Below, piece by piece: positions 9,921-19,602 of a stretch of DNA of 64,000 nt; the stretch's first letter is position 1; every line of letters begins with the position of its first letter. Position numbers and translations under genes: made by a program. The stretch comes from Faecousia sp. (GTDB lineage Bacteria > Bacillota > Clostridia > Oscillospirales > Oscillospiraceae), in assembly GCA_051867075.1 (NCBI GenBank), contig JBJDYG010000017.1:3747-67746 (forward strand). Direction: 5' to 3'. The notes under the pieces are model-generated. The model had not been told where the DNA came from. It saw only the letters and a program-made list of their open reading frames with translations, and made no database searches.

Positions 9921-10136
9921 TAATGTTAAGTAAGCTACAAGCATCTGGCGGTCATTCGGTCACGGGCTGTCGAAAGGAAGAATACTAAATTTCTGAGAAT
10001 AGAAACAGAAAGATTGATTTTACGAACATTTGAGGAATTTGACTATGATGACCTCTATGAGTATCTTTCTCAACTGGAGAATGATGAATTTGAGGGTTAT
10101 CCGGAAATAACTTATGATAGAAAGGCTGTTAATCAT

Positions 10137-11519
10137 ATGGAGAGAACAAGTCTAATAAAACTAGATAAAAATATTATAAAAGAAACAAGTCTGCTTGCAT
10201 TTCCGATCATTATACAGGGGCTTGTTTATGAATTACAATCACTTACCGATAAAGCTTTTTTAGGACATCTGAAAACGGAATATGTTTCGGCAATTGGAGC
10301 GGCTCAGCTTCCACTTAATGCTACGATGGATGGACTTGTGGCACTGTCAGTGGCAATTACAATTATCGTCTCTCAGCTATATGGTGCAAAAAAGCAGGAG
10401 AAAGCAATCAATTACGTTAAAAGTGCCATGTTGTACAGCGGTTTTTTAGGAGTATGTGTCTGTTTCCTGTGGGAGATTTTTACATATCCGATCTTGGATT
10501 TTTTTAAGGTAGATCCCTTGATCATCAACCACAGTGTGGGTTATGTAAAATTCTGTGCTCTGTTCTTCCTGGTTATAGGCATAGATTCATCATTAAATGC
10601 CATGCTGCAGGGACTTGGAAAAACAAAGATCATTATGTATTCCGGAATCATCAAAGTATTTTTTAATATTTTCTTGTCCTGGGTACTCATTTTTGGGAAA
10701 TTTGGTTTTAAAGAATATAATGTAGCCGGAGCTGCAATTGGAACGCTTATTTCAAATTGTTTTGCATTTTGCTTTGTTCTTAGCTATTGTTTTATAAAAC
10801 GAAAAGAATTAGGATTTGGAAAATTCAGACCGGAAGATTTTTCTATTACTTACTATAGCAAAGTGATAAAGGTTGGTGCCCCGGCTGGTATAGAGTATTT
10901 GTTATGGAACTTTTCCAATCTGATCCTGGTGAGATTCATTAATGAATTCAGCTATATCAGTATGTCGATCTATACAGTAACATTTGGAATCCAGTGTATC
11001 GTCTATGCTGTGTTTTCAAATTATTCAAAAGCTGCATTGACACTGATCGGGCAAAACATTGGAGCGCGAAACTATAAAAAAGCAAATGATGTTTTTTACA
11101 ATTGCCTGATCATTAATATATTGATCATTCTATGTGCCAATGTTGCTTTCTTTCTCTTTACAGAGGATATACTCAGTATGTTTTTAAAAGAATCATATAT
11201 TGTTGCACAGGGCGATAAATATCTGAAGCTGATTGGACTTACGATGTTGCCACAGAGTCTGAATGTCGTATGTGGACACGCAATTAAAGGAAACGGGAAT
11301 ACAAAATGGATGCTGCTTTCACAGATATTTGGTTCGTTTTTTGTGATTAGTGTGTCTTTTATATTGATTAGAGGTTTCCATATGGATATGGTAGCCATTT
11401 ATCTGGTAATTATTTTGGACGAGACGATCAGAGGGATTACCAATTACATTTATTATAAGAGAAAATATCTGAACGCAAGAATACCGGATGAAATGATGAA
11501 CGAATATAGGAGGGATTAA
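10137..11519 (+). CDS. MATE family efflux transporter
   Basis: About 12 TM segments, TDKAFLGHL, SQLYGAKK, LIGQNIGARN motifs. ATG 10137 is preferred; the upstream in-frame 41 codons resemble a GNAT N-terminal stub. Confidence 0.9.
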   Translation: MERTSLIKLDKNIIKETSLLAFPIIIQGLVYELQSLTDKAFLGHLKTEYVSAIGAAQLPLNATMDGLVALSVAITIIVSQLYGAKKQEKAINYVKSAMLYSGFLGVCVCFLWEIFTYPILDFFKVDPLIINHSVGYVKFCALFFLVIGIDSSLNAMLQGLGKTKIIMYSGIIKVFFNIFLSWVLIFGKFGFKEYNVAGAAIGTLISNCFAFCFVLSYCFIKRKELGFGKFRPEDFSITYYSKVIKVGAPAGIEYLLWNFSNLILVRFINEFSYISMSIYTVTFGIQCIVYAVFSNYSKAALTLIGQNIGARNYKKANDVFYNCLIINILIILCANVAFFLFTEDILSMFLKESYIVAQGDKYLKLIGLTMLPQSLNVVCGHAIKGNGNTKWMLLSQIFGSFFVISVSFILIRGFHMDMVAIYLVIILDETIRGITNYIYYKRKYLNARIPDEMMNEYRRD

Positions 11520-11520
11520 A

Positions 11521-12429
11521 ATGAGTCAAACAGCATATCTTTATGGACAGATTTTGGGAACACATTCTTTTTGGTTAAAGGATGGTTTTTTGAAGCCGGA
11601 TGAATATTCAGAAATCAGTGAAAAGTATTTTCTGCCGGGAGGGGAAACCGGAACGGCAGCAACTGTACTGGCTTCTTTAGAGGTGCAGGTTAAGATGGAC
11701 GGAACACATATTGGAACAGAGGTTGCAGGTATGTTAAAGCAGTTTTATGCGGATAAGCCGGTTGATCTGTCTTCACTTACTTATGTCACAGATTATGAAG
11801 GGCTGATGGATTATGTGGTTGTCGCTGATATGGTGCGTTCTCCTATGGGTTTTTTTCAACAACTGTATGCTTCCGGGACAAAGCGCTGGAATGAGCCGAG
11901 GGAAGAGGATATCTCAGCATGTACGGTTGCGGCGATTGATCCTTTTTTTCGGGAGGAAACACAGAAGGTAGCAGAGCTTTGTGTGAAGTATGGAAAACCA
12001 TATGTTACGATTGATTGTAAGCATGACACTTATTTACACCGACATGCAACAATCAATGTTGTATCCAAGGAATGTACAGGAACCGCTTATGCCGGCATGG
12101 ATAAGGAAGAAATCTATGCGCTTTTGACAGAAAATACGGAGGGACTAGTGATCATTACTTCCGGAGAAAACGATATGATATGGGGCAGAAAGGGCCAATC
12201 GGCGCACCATACAAAACCATTTCAGGCAGAAGTGCGCAGTACACTTGGCGCGGGAGATACCTATAAGGCAGGATGTGTATATGGCTTGCTTCATCATATG
12301 AAAGATGAGGAAATCGTTCGTTTTGCCAGTGCTTGCTCAGCGGTTGCGATTTCAAGATTTCCACTGCCATTAAATCCACCGCGATTGGATGAGGTTAACC
12401 AATTACTCAAGCAGGAAAAGGATAATTGA
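11521..12429 (+). CDS. PfkB family carbohydrate kinase
   Basis: PGGETG near the N-terminus; STLGAGDTYKAG PfkB signature. Confidence 0.85.
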   Translation: MSQTAYLYGQILGTHSFWLKDGFLKPDEYSEISEKYFLPGGETGTAATVLASLEVQVKMDGTHIGTEVAGMLKQFYADKPVDLSSLTYVTDYEGLMDYVVVADMVRSPMGFFQQLYASGTKRWNEPREEDISACTVAAIDPFFREETQKVAELCVKYGKPYVTIDCKHDTYLHRHATINVVSKECTGTAYAGMDKEEIYALLTENTEGLVIITSGENDMIWGRKGQSAHHTKPFQAEVRSTLGAGDTYKAGCVYGLLHHMKDEEIVRFASACSAVAISRFPLPLNPPRLDEVNQLLKQEKDN

Positions 12430-12592
12430 AAGTAATGAGATTCCAGAGGTATGTGTTTAATTTTTGGAGATATCTGCAGAACGTGTTGTGGCTGAATAGG
12501 AAAATTTGAAGTTACAGAGTTAAAAAAACTAAGAATTTGTCTAGTTGATGAATTCTGATTTAGTAATCATTTTGAAAAGGAGGAAGAGTAAT

Positions 12593-13069
12593 ATGTTATC
12601 TGGTGGGGATATGATAGTTGGACTGTACAATCTGCCTCAAGTTGAGATTAGTAAAACAATAAGAATAAAACGAGCGTTTGTGGGTGATAAAGAGGAGATT
12701 CTGGAATTTGTGAAAAAGAATTTTCAAAAGAATTGGGTATATGAAGTAGAACATGCACTTATGGAACCTGTTTCAAAATGTTATATTGCGACAGAAGATG
12801 GGGAAATTCTTGGATTCGCATGCTTTGACTCTACAGCAAAAGGTTTCTTTGGACCTATTGGAGTGGATCCGGCACGAAGAGGTGAGGATATTGGTAAAAT
12901 GTTATTGGTAAAGACACTTGAAAGCATGCGTGAATATGGTTATGGGTATGCTATTATTGGATGGGTAAGTGAAGCTGAACAGTTTTATAAAAAAACTGTT
13001 GGTGCAGAATACCTAAAAGATGGCAATCCTGAGAATAGTGTTTATTCCAATTTGGTCTTTATGGATTAA
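12593..13069 (+). CDS. GNAT family N-acetyltransferase
   Basis: FGPIGVDPARRGEDIGKMLL motif A; AGGAGG RBS before ATG 12593. Confidence 0.85.
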   Translation: MLSGGDMIVGLYNLPQVEISKTIRIKRAFVGDKEEILEFVKKNFQKNWVYEVEHALMEPVSKCYIATEDGEILGFACFDSTAKGFFGPIGVDPARRGEDIGKMLLVKTLESMREYGYGYAIIGWVSEAEQFYKKTVGAEYLKDGNPENSVYSNLVFMD

Positions 13070-13256
13070 ATACTATGTATTTAGCGTTGAACACCAACCT
13101 TTTGAGATGTGGTATCATTAACAAATTAGGGTCTCGCCTCCCAAAAGCAAAGCTCTGCTCAGGATGATCGAATGCTGGAGCTACTGAGCAAGGACAAAAG
13201 CTTCGTCAAACCGGAAAACCTTTCCAATTTTTACAATGGTACAAGGAGCAATATAC

Positions 13257-13325
13257 ATGAACTGCATTTTGAGAAAATGGCGGCTGTCAGACGCAAAGGA
13301 TCTGGTAGCCACTTTGAAACCATGA
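13257..13325 (+). pseudogene. N-terminal stub of a RimJ/RimL-type GNAT
   Basis: AAGGAG RBS then MNCILRKWRLSDAKDLVATLKP*, resembling the start of clostridial RimL GNATs. Confidence 0.45.
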
Positions 13326-13515
13326 ACGAAAAATTGATTACACATCGGTAGGTGGTTTTTCTCATATTCAAGCATATTCTTTTTACTGGCACTTACAAAT
13401 GTATTAATGCAACTAAACATAACTCATTTTTAATAATTATGTTATCTGCAGTTGGTGGATGTTTCTGCAACTATATATTACAATATTCATACTAATTGTA
13501 ATGCGGGAGGCAATT

Positions 13516-14235
13516 ATGAGTATTGTAGAAATAAAGAATTTGAAAAAAGAATACCCGTTATTTTTATTAGACAATGCCTCATTCAATCTTGAAGCAGGCA
13601 GAATTACAGGTTTTGCTGGGCGAAACGGCGCTGGCAAAACCACAACGATAAAGTCAATGCTAAATCTGATTCATCCGGATAGTGGAGTAATTACCTGTTT
13701 CGGTATGTCGCTGAACGGTCACGAGGCGGAAATTAAGAGGCGGATCGGGTATTCCACGGGTACTGTCAGTTGGTATCCAAGAAAAACGCTGAAGGATATT
13801 GTTGCAATTACAAGGAGCTTTTATCCGAATTGGGATGAAAATGCTTACCGAAAATATCTTGCGCTGTTCCGGTTGGATGAGAACAAAACGCCTTTGGAGC
13901 TTTCTGAGGGGATGAAGGTGAAGTTTAATCTGCTGTTGGCACTTTCCCACAGAGCAGAGCTTCTCATTCTGGATGAGCCAACCAGTGGCCTGGACCCTTT
14001 CTCCCGGGATGAACTGCTGGATATTTTCATGGCACTGCGTAAGGATGGTGTTGCGGTGTTCTTCTCGACCCACATTATCTCAGACCTGGAAAAGTGTGCG
14101 GATGATATTGTGTACATTTCCGGAGGCAGGATCAAAGCGGCAATGCCGACGGAAGATTTCCGCTGCGCATATTCTCTGCCCGGAGAGAGCCTGGAGCAAA
14201 CCATACTGCGTCTGGAAAAGGAGAAAACAGTATGA
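13516..14235 (+). CDS. ABC transporter ATP-binding protein
   Basis: GRNGAGKT, LSEGMK, LLILDEPT, STH. Confidence 0.95.
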   Translation: MSIVEIKNLKKEYPLFLLDNASFNLEAGRITGFAGRNGAGKTTTIKSMLNLIHPDSGVITCFGMSLNGHEAEIKRRIGYSTGTVSWYPRKTLKDIVAITRSFYPNWDENAYRKYLALFRLDENKTPLELSEGMKVKFNLLLALSHRAELLILDEPTSGLDPFSRDELLDIFMALRKDGVAVFFSTHIISDLEKCADDIVYISGGRIKAAMPTEDFRCAYSLPGESLEQTILRLEKEKTV

Positions 14236-14885
14236 AAAACATATTGAAAAAGGAATTGACCCTCAGTGCCTCCATTTTGTCCTATCTGTTTATCCTCTTT
14301 GGCCTTATGTTTTTTATCCCCGGCTATCCGATTTTGTGCGGTGTATTCTTTGTGACACTTGGTATTTTTCAAAGCTTTCAAAGTGCGCGTGAAGCAAACG
14401 ATATTGTTTTTTCCGCGCTTCTGCCAGTTGCCAAGAAGGATGTGGTCAAAGGCAAATTCATCTTCTCTTGCTTTATCGAGTTTTGCAGTATCCTTTTGAT
14501 GGTAATTGCAACCTTGATGCGTATGACGGTTTTAGAAGATGCTGTCGTTTATCAAAACAACGCTATGATGAATGCAAATCTCTTTGCTCTGGGCATGGCG
14601 CTGTTTATCTTCGGTCTTTTCAATCTGATATTTATCGACGGTTTTTTCAAAACAGCCTATAAATTCGGAAAGCCTTTTGTCACACACATCATTATTACTT
14701 TTGTAATCATTGGAATCGGCGAAGCGCTGCACCACATTCCGGGATTGGAGGCAATCAATGCTTTCGGTTTTGAATATTTCGGTTTGCAGTTTGGTCTTTT
14801 TGTCTTGGGAGCCATGGCATATATTGCACTCACCGTTTTATCCTATCGATGTGCCTGTCGGAATTTTGAAAGAATAGACCTATAA
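14232..14885 (+). CDS. ABC-2 transporter permease
   Basis: Six TM segments, LPVAKKDVVKGKF motif, ATGA overlap. Confidence 0.85.
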   Translation: MKNILKKELTLSASILSYLFILFGLMFFIPGYPILCGVFFVTLGIFQSFQSAREANDIVFSALLPVAKKDVVKGKFIFSCFIEFCSILLMVIATLMRMTVLEDAVVYQNNAMMNANLFALGMALFIFGLFNLIFIDGFFKTAYKFGKPFVTHIIITFVIIGIGEALHHIPGLEAINAFGFEYFGLQFGLFVLGAMAYIALTVLSYRCACRNFERIDL

Positions 14886-14896
14886 GGAGAAAACTA

Positions 14897-15337
14897 ATGC
14901 TGCAGGATAATTTGATTATGTTACGAAATATGTATGGAATGTCCCAGGAAGAGATTGCAGTGAAAATCGGTATTTCCCGACAGGCGTATGCCAAATGGGA
15001 GAGCGGTGCGACTGTACCCGATATTGAAAAATGTAAGCGTTTGGCAGATTTCTATGATGTCACCATTGATAGTTTGCTCAAAACGGCAACTGAAGATAAA
15101 ATTGGGATGATTCCGCCTGCACCAAAAGGTAAAAACATTTGGGGCAGTGTTACAATAAACGAGCGGGGACAGTTGGTTATACCAAAAGCAGCAAGAGAAA
15201 AGTTCGGTTGGAGCGGAGGGCAGAGACTGATCGTTCTCAGCGATCATGATGGTATCGCTTTGATTTCTGCAAAAATGTTTGAGGAGAATATGAAAGCGGC
15301 TATGGAATATGCTTCTATGACAGTAAAGAATGATTAG
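14897..15337 (+). CDS. XRE HTH regulator with AbrB/SpoVT-like domain
   Basis: SQEEIAVKIGISRQAYAKWE; VTINERGQLVIPKAAREKF; paralog of 3747-4214. Confidence 0.85.
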   Translation: MLQDNLIMLRNMYGMSQEEIAVKIGISRQAYAKWESGATVPDIEKCKRLADFYDVTIDSLLKTATEDKIGMIPPAPKGKNIWGSVTINERGQLVIPKAAREKFGWSGGQRLIVLSDHDGIALISAKMFEENMKAAMEYASMTVKND

Positions 15338-15761
15338 AACTATTGAAAATAAAGAGTTAAGGTTATCTGATCATCTGTTTTGGTTCCCTCTCCAGGTCAA
15401 GGGACAGGCTGTGGCTGGAATGATTCACAGTTTATGTGAATCATAGGAAATCAAGAGAAAGACAAATTGAAATATGTAGCATAGGATAAATTTCAATGTG
15501 CAGAGCAATGCGGCTGTGTCCGCCGGGCATGGCCGCGTTATTTGGGTCCGCAAACCTACCGAACGCTAGGTAATGTGTAAGAAAAGGATGTTATGATATG
15601 CAAGAAGAAAAGACTATATGGATTGATGCTAAAAACAGAATTCTTGCATTCAAACCGGCTGAGAACAGTAAAAGGATTTCAAAACAGAAGGCCATTTGGA
15701 GATTACATAATGAAGTTAATTAAATCCGGATACCGGATTATGAAAAGGAGAATGATTCAAT

Positions 15762-16520
15762 ATGAAAAGAAAAAATGCACTGTTGATTACGGTGATCTTG
15801 TGCCTGTCTTTGGCAGCATGCAGCAAGACACCTGAGTTTGAACAAGGCTCGAAGGAAAACCATACGGGAACAACCCATACGGAAAGCTCTGAGCAGATGC
15901 AGCAGCAAAGCGATAATTCGACCCAAATCGGGAGTACAACTGAAAAACCGGAAGAAGTCACTCAACAAAGTATTGATTTAGCTGGGCCTTGGCATCTGGA
16001 CATCGAAAAAAACGATCTTGCTGTATTCGCTGAGTCTTTGAATTTGTTCCCCGGTTATGGAGAGTGGGGAGCCAGTATGGAAATTCTCGGAAACGGTGAA
16101 ATGAGCTGGTACATCGGTGCAGAGGGCTGGCATGGTACATACTCGGTAGAGAAGAATACCCTTCATGCGCAGCTGACCTCCGACTTGGAGCAATCCACAC
16201 AAAATTGGGATTTGCGCATCACCTCGGAAAGTGGAATAGCTGGACTGGAAATGGATTATAAGGATATGACAATTTACTGGGCGTATGGCGATCAAGAGGA
16301 CGCCGCAAGCGGAAATACTATCCCTTCCAACTGGGAAAAAGCCACAGAGGACGAACCGTGGAAAGTGGCGCTATCGGAAGACTTGTTCGCAAAATACGGC
16401 GTGATTCCGGAATACTATGAGGATCTGGGTGATGGAATCTACCAGGTCTACGTAGAAGTTGGCGGTGAGCTCGTCCCCTTTGTGGCGGTAAACTCTGCAA
16501 CAGGCGATTATCACGGGTGA
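15762..16520 (+). CDS. Lipoprotein, paralog of 6869-7858
   Basis: Lipobox LAAC; C-terminal ~165 aa highly similar to the 6869 gene; lacks the 21-bp repeat. Confidence 0.85.
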   Translation: MKRKNALLITVILCLSLAACSKTPEFEQGSKENHTGTTHTESSEQMQQQSDNSTQIGSTTEKPEEVTQQSIDLAGPWHLDIEKNDLAVFAESLNLFPGYGEWGASMEILGNGEMSWYIGAEGWHGTYSVEKNTLHAQLTSDLEQSTQNWDLRITSESGIAGLEMDYKDMTIYWAYGDQEDAASGNTIPSNWEKATEDEPWKVALSEDLFAKYGVIPEYYEDLGDGIYQVYVEVGGELVPFVAVNSATGDYHG

Positions 16521-16732
16521 CAACAAAAAGGAGTTGGAAATGATGAAGATTCCATTCGAAGAAGGGATGCTTGTTGTCGTTTCTTGATTATAGAATAGGA
16601 CCCTTTATTTTAGACCTGCCAACTGTTTCAGTCATAGTAGGCGATTCCGAAAACCGCGGAAACTGTCCCGACCAATTGGGAGGAATCTTCTAAGAATGTG
16701 CCGTAGAAAGCGGAGAAAGTGAAGTATACAAC

Positions 16733-17905
16733 ATGGTACATATCCTTTTAATTGTCATTTATCTGTCATTTATCAGCCTGGGGTTGCCGGATGCACTGTT
16801 GGGGGCTGCTTGGCCAACGATGTGCGGGGAATTGCTTGTACCGCTGTCTTACGCGGGAGGTATTTCTGTAATCATCTCCATCCATACCGTGGTGTCCAGT
16901 TTGCTGGCAGAGCGTATGAATCGATGGCTTGGAACTGGAAAAGTAACCGCCATCAGCGTGGGAATGACAGCGTTTGCCCTACTGGGTTTCTCCCTTAGCA
17001 GAGAATACTGGCAGCTGTGCCTTTGGGCGATTCCCTACGGCCTTGGTGCAGGCAGTGTGGATGCCAGCCTGAATAACTATGTGGCGATTCATTACGCCAG
17101 CCGTCATATGAGCTGGCTGCATTGCATGTGGGGTTTGGGCGCCAGTGCGGGTCCATACCTGATGGGGTTTGCGATCAGTGCCGGGATGGGCTGGGCCGGA
17201 GGCTATCGCATTATCGCCATCCTGCAATTTGCGTTAACGGTTCTTCTGGTGGTGAGTCTGCCGCTGTGGAAACGAGGAAATGCGAATGCAGGTGACGACC
17301 CTGTACATAGCCAGGGCATTCGGAAGACCATACGCATACCTGGTGTGAAAAAGGCGGTGCTTGCCTTTGCCTGCTACTGTGGATTGGAACAGAGCTGTAT
17401 TCTTTGGGCAAGCTCTTATCTGGTTCTCAACGGCGGCATGACAGAAGAAACGGCGGCAAGCTGTGCCGGTATCTATGTTTTGGGAATTGCCGTTGGGCGG
17501 CTACTCGGTGGGTTTTTGACCATGAAATTCAGCGATTTGACCCTTGTCCGACTTGGTCAGGGAATGATTCTGGCAGGCATTCTGGCAATGCTGCTGGGTG
17601 GGCCGGCTCTGTTGCCGGGACTGCTGCTGATGGGGTTGGGCAGTGCACCGATTTATCCCTGTATGATTCACGCAACACCCCGGCATTTTGGCGAGGATAA
17701 ATCCCAAGCAGTGATCGGCCTGCAAAGTGCTGGAGCGTTTGCGGGAATCTGCTGCATGCCGCCTCTGTTTGGTCTGATCGCACTGCATATTGGCGTTGAA
17801 CTTCTGCCATGGTATTTTCTGGCAATTCTGCTGGCAATGACAGCCGTACACGAGTCATTAATCCTAACAGACCCGGCTGCATTTGGGCTGGCAGGTGAAA
17901 AATGA
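16733..17905 (+). CDS. MFS transporter
   Basis: About 12 TM segments; LAERMNRWLGTGK motif A-like; GLGAGSVDASLNNY. Confidence 0.9.
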   Translation: MVHILLIVIYLSFISLGLPDALLGAAWPTMCGELLVPLSYAGGISVIISIHTVVSSLLAERMNRWLGTGKVTAISVGMTAFALLGFSLSREYWQLCLWAIPYGLGAGSVDASLNNYVAIHYASRHMSWLHCMWGLGASAGPYLMGFAISAGMGWAGGYRIIAILQFALTVLLVVSLPLWKRGNANAGDDPVHSQGIRKTIRIPGVKKAVLAFACYCGLEQSCILWASSYLVLNGGMTEETAASCAGIYVLGIAVGRLLGGFLTMKFSDLTLVRLGQGMILAGILAMLLGGPALLPGLLLMGLGSAPIYPCMIHATPRHFGEDKSQAVIGLQSAGAFAGICCMPPLFGLIALHIGVELLPWYFLAILLAMTAVHESLILTDPAAFGLAGEK

Positions 17906-17925
17906 TGGCCAGAACTGCCTTTCTA

Positions 17926-18380
17926 TTATGACAACGGCTTTTCTAAGGCAGAACGGGAGGCAAGCAGAGTGGTAAAGCGCGTCCAGTCAATATGCGTGGA
18001 GTTTTTCAGACGGTAAACCGTGTCCTTACGAAATTCCGGTGCCTTCTCCGACTGCATATCCGGAAACATGCTGCGGTTGCGGAATACCAGACAAAACAGG
18101 TGCTGAATCAGCGTAACAACAGAAAGCCCCTGCTCTTTGTAAGCGTTACACCTCTTCAAAATGCCGCTGCTCTGATACCGCCTGAAATATTTCTGGATTC
18201 TGAAAGAAAAACGCATTTCATTTTCAACATCAAATGCTATACTGTTCATAGTACAGCCCCCTTGTATGTGTTTGGTGTTGTGTAGCGATTACATTATGCC
18301 ATACATTGGGTCTGTACTGCTTTTTTATTTCATAAAGTCGGCTAAAAAGTTCGATTTTCTTTGGGTGGGAAGTTTGAGTA
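17926..18380 (-). pseudogene. IS4-like transposase 5' remnant
   Basis: ORF 18249-17926 (LKRCNAYKEQG...KDTVYRL..STHIDWTRFTTLLASR) resembles the N-terminus of clostridial IS4-family transposases; no DDE domain. Left end is approximate. Confidence 0.65.
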
Positions 18381-18411
18381 TCTAATAAAAGAGGAAAAGA
18401 AAACCAGAGAA

Positions 18412-18771
18412 TTATTCCACTGGCTCTTTTACCTTACATAGTCCAATAACGGTAGCCTCTATAACAGACAGTTCTCTATCGTTTAATTTATCGAGCTGTG
18501 TGTCCAAGCGTCTGCGGACGGTGCTCTTTTTGACTTCTTTTGGGGGAAATATGTATTCATCAACTGACACATCGAACATAGTCACAAGCTGAATGAACAG
18601 TTCCATACTTGGGTATTGCCCCTCATTTTCGATTGCTTGAAGATGTCTTGGATCGTAATCAACGATACGAGCAAGTTGCTCTCTGGTCATACCTTGGGCT
18701 GTTCTGGCTTTTTTAATTGCCTGTCCAATAGGCATAAAATCAAAGTCAAAATCGTTGTTTTTTTCGTCCAT
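18412..18771 (-). CDS. XRE family HTH regulator of the element
   Basis: IGQAIKKARTAQGMTREQLARIVDYDPRHLQAIENEG; divergent from the sigma-like gene, as Orf9/Orf7 are in Tn916-type regulation modules. Confidence 0.85.
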   Translation of the reverse strand: MDEKNNDFDFDFMPIGQAIKKARTAQGMTREQLARIVDYDPRHLQAIENEGQYPSMELFIQLVTMFDVSVDEYIFPPKEVKKSTVRRRLDTQLDKLNDRELSVIEATVIGLCKVKEPVE

Positions 18772-19549
18772 AAACTTATCACCTTGTAAAATATAGTATT
18801 TCCAACATATTTTACAGAAATTGAAGTTCTTCTTGAACGGTCTGAAATCCCTTGTGATAGGAGATTTGATTTCTATATCATGGTGATCAAAACTCATAGT
18901 TGAATTTAGTTTTATACTCCACAGTTTTCCACCAAAGCTTACGTTGATGGTATTCTTTATCCGACAAACGTGAAAAGGATATAAAACCGTGAGGTTCCCT
19001 ATGAAAAGGGAAAATGAAAAACCGGTTTGTTCCGGTCATTCGTATGCAAAATCTGAATTTAAGTTGCATAGACAGAAGAACAAAGTAGCCTGCTTACATA
19101 GCATAGTCATTTAGTAAGCCAAATAACAAAAGAAATCGTAATAGAATTATCTGCCGGACGATGGCAAAAGAAAAAAAAGCCGTCGTACAGCAGACACATT
19201 TTCATGCGCTCATGAAGCGGCGGCTCAATTTTCAGAGCCGTCGTTTCTTTTTGCCCATCGGGATCTTTTTTCGATCCTATTCCAAGCAATCGGCACGACG
19301 GCCCATTGGAGGGGGTTTCCGTGCCACCAGTGCTTTTGCATAGCCCACTGAATTTTAACTTATCAAAACTGCTAAAAAAAGCCTTGTTTGCACATGGCAC
19401 CTTTCTACATTTCAAGTAGAAGTTAAATCTCCATTTCATAGAAATAATTATGCTTATTGCCGTAAAGGTCTCAGTACCTTTGCGGCTTTTTGCTTGTCGC
19501 ATTGTGCCGGGGCATTGGATAAGCCCGTTTCTGGTACAGGCTGCCGTGG

Positions 19550-19595
19550 TCCTCCATCAAGTGGTTTTCTCTTTCGAAAATCACTTGATGGAGGA
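19550..19595 (+). promoter_or_regulatory. 20-bp stem hairpin occluding the Shine-Dalgarno of the sigma-like gene
   Basis: tcctccatcaagtggttttc / tctttc / gaaaatcacttgatggagga; the GGAGG is in the 3' arm, 8 nt before ATG 19603. Confidence 0.75.
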
Positions 19596-19602
19596 TACGA
19601 AT

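Noticed and set aside
10014-10136. N-terminal extension of the MATE protein
   Set aside because: Looks like a fused GNAT stub; a plausible RBS precedes ATG 10137.
16600-16730. Possible cobalamin riboswitch-like 'actgtcccg' before the MFS gene
   Set aside because: The other conserved riboswitch elements are not present.
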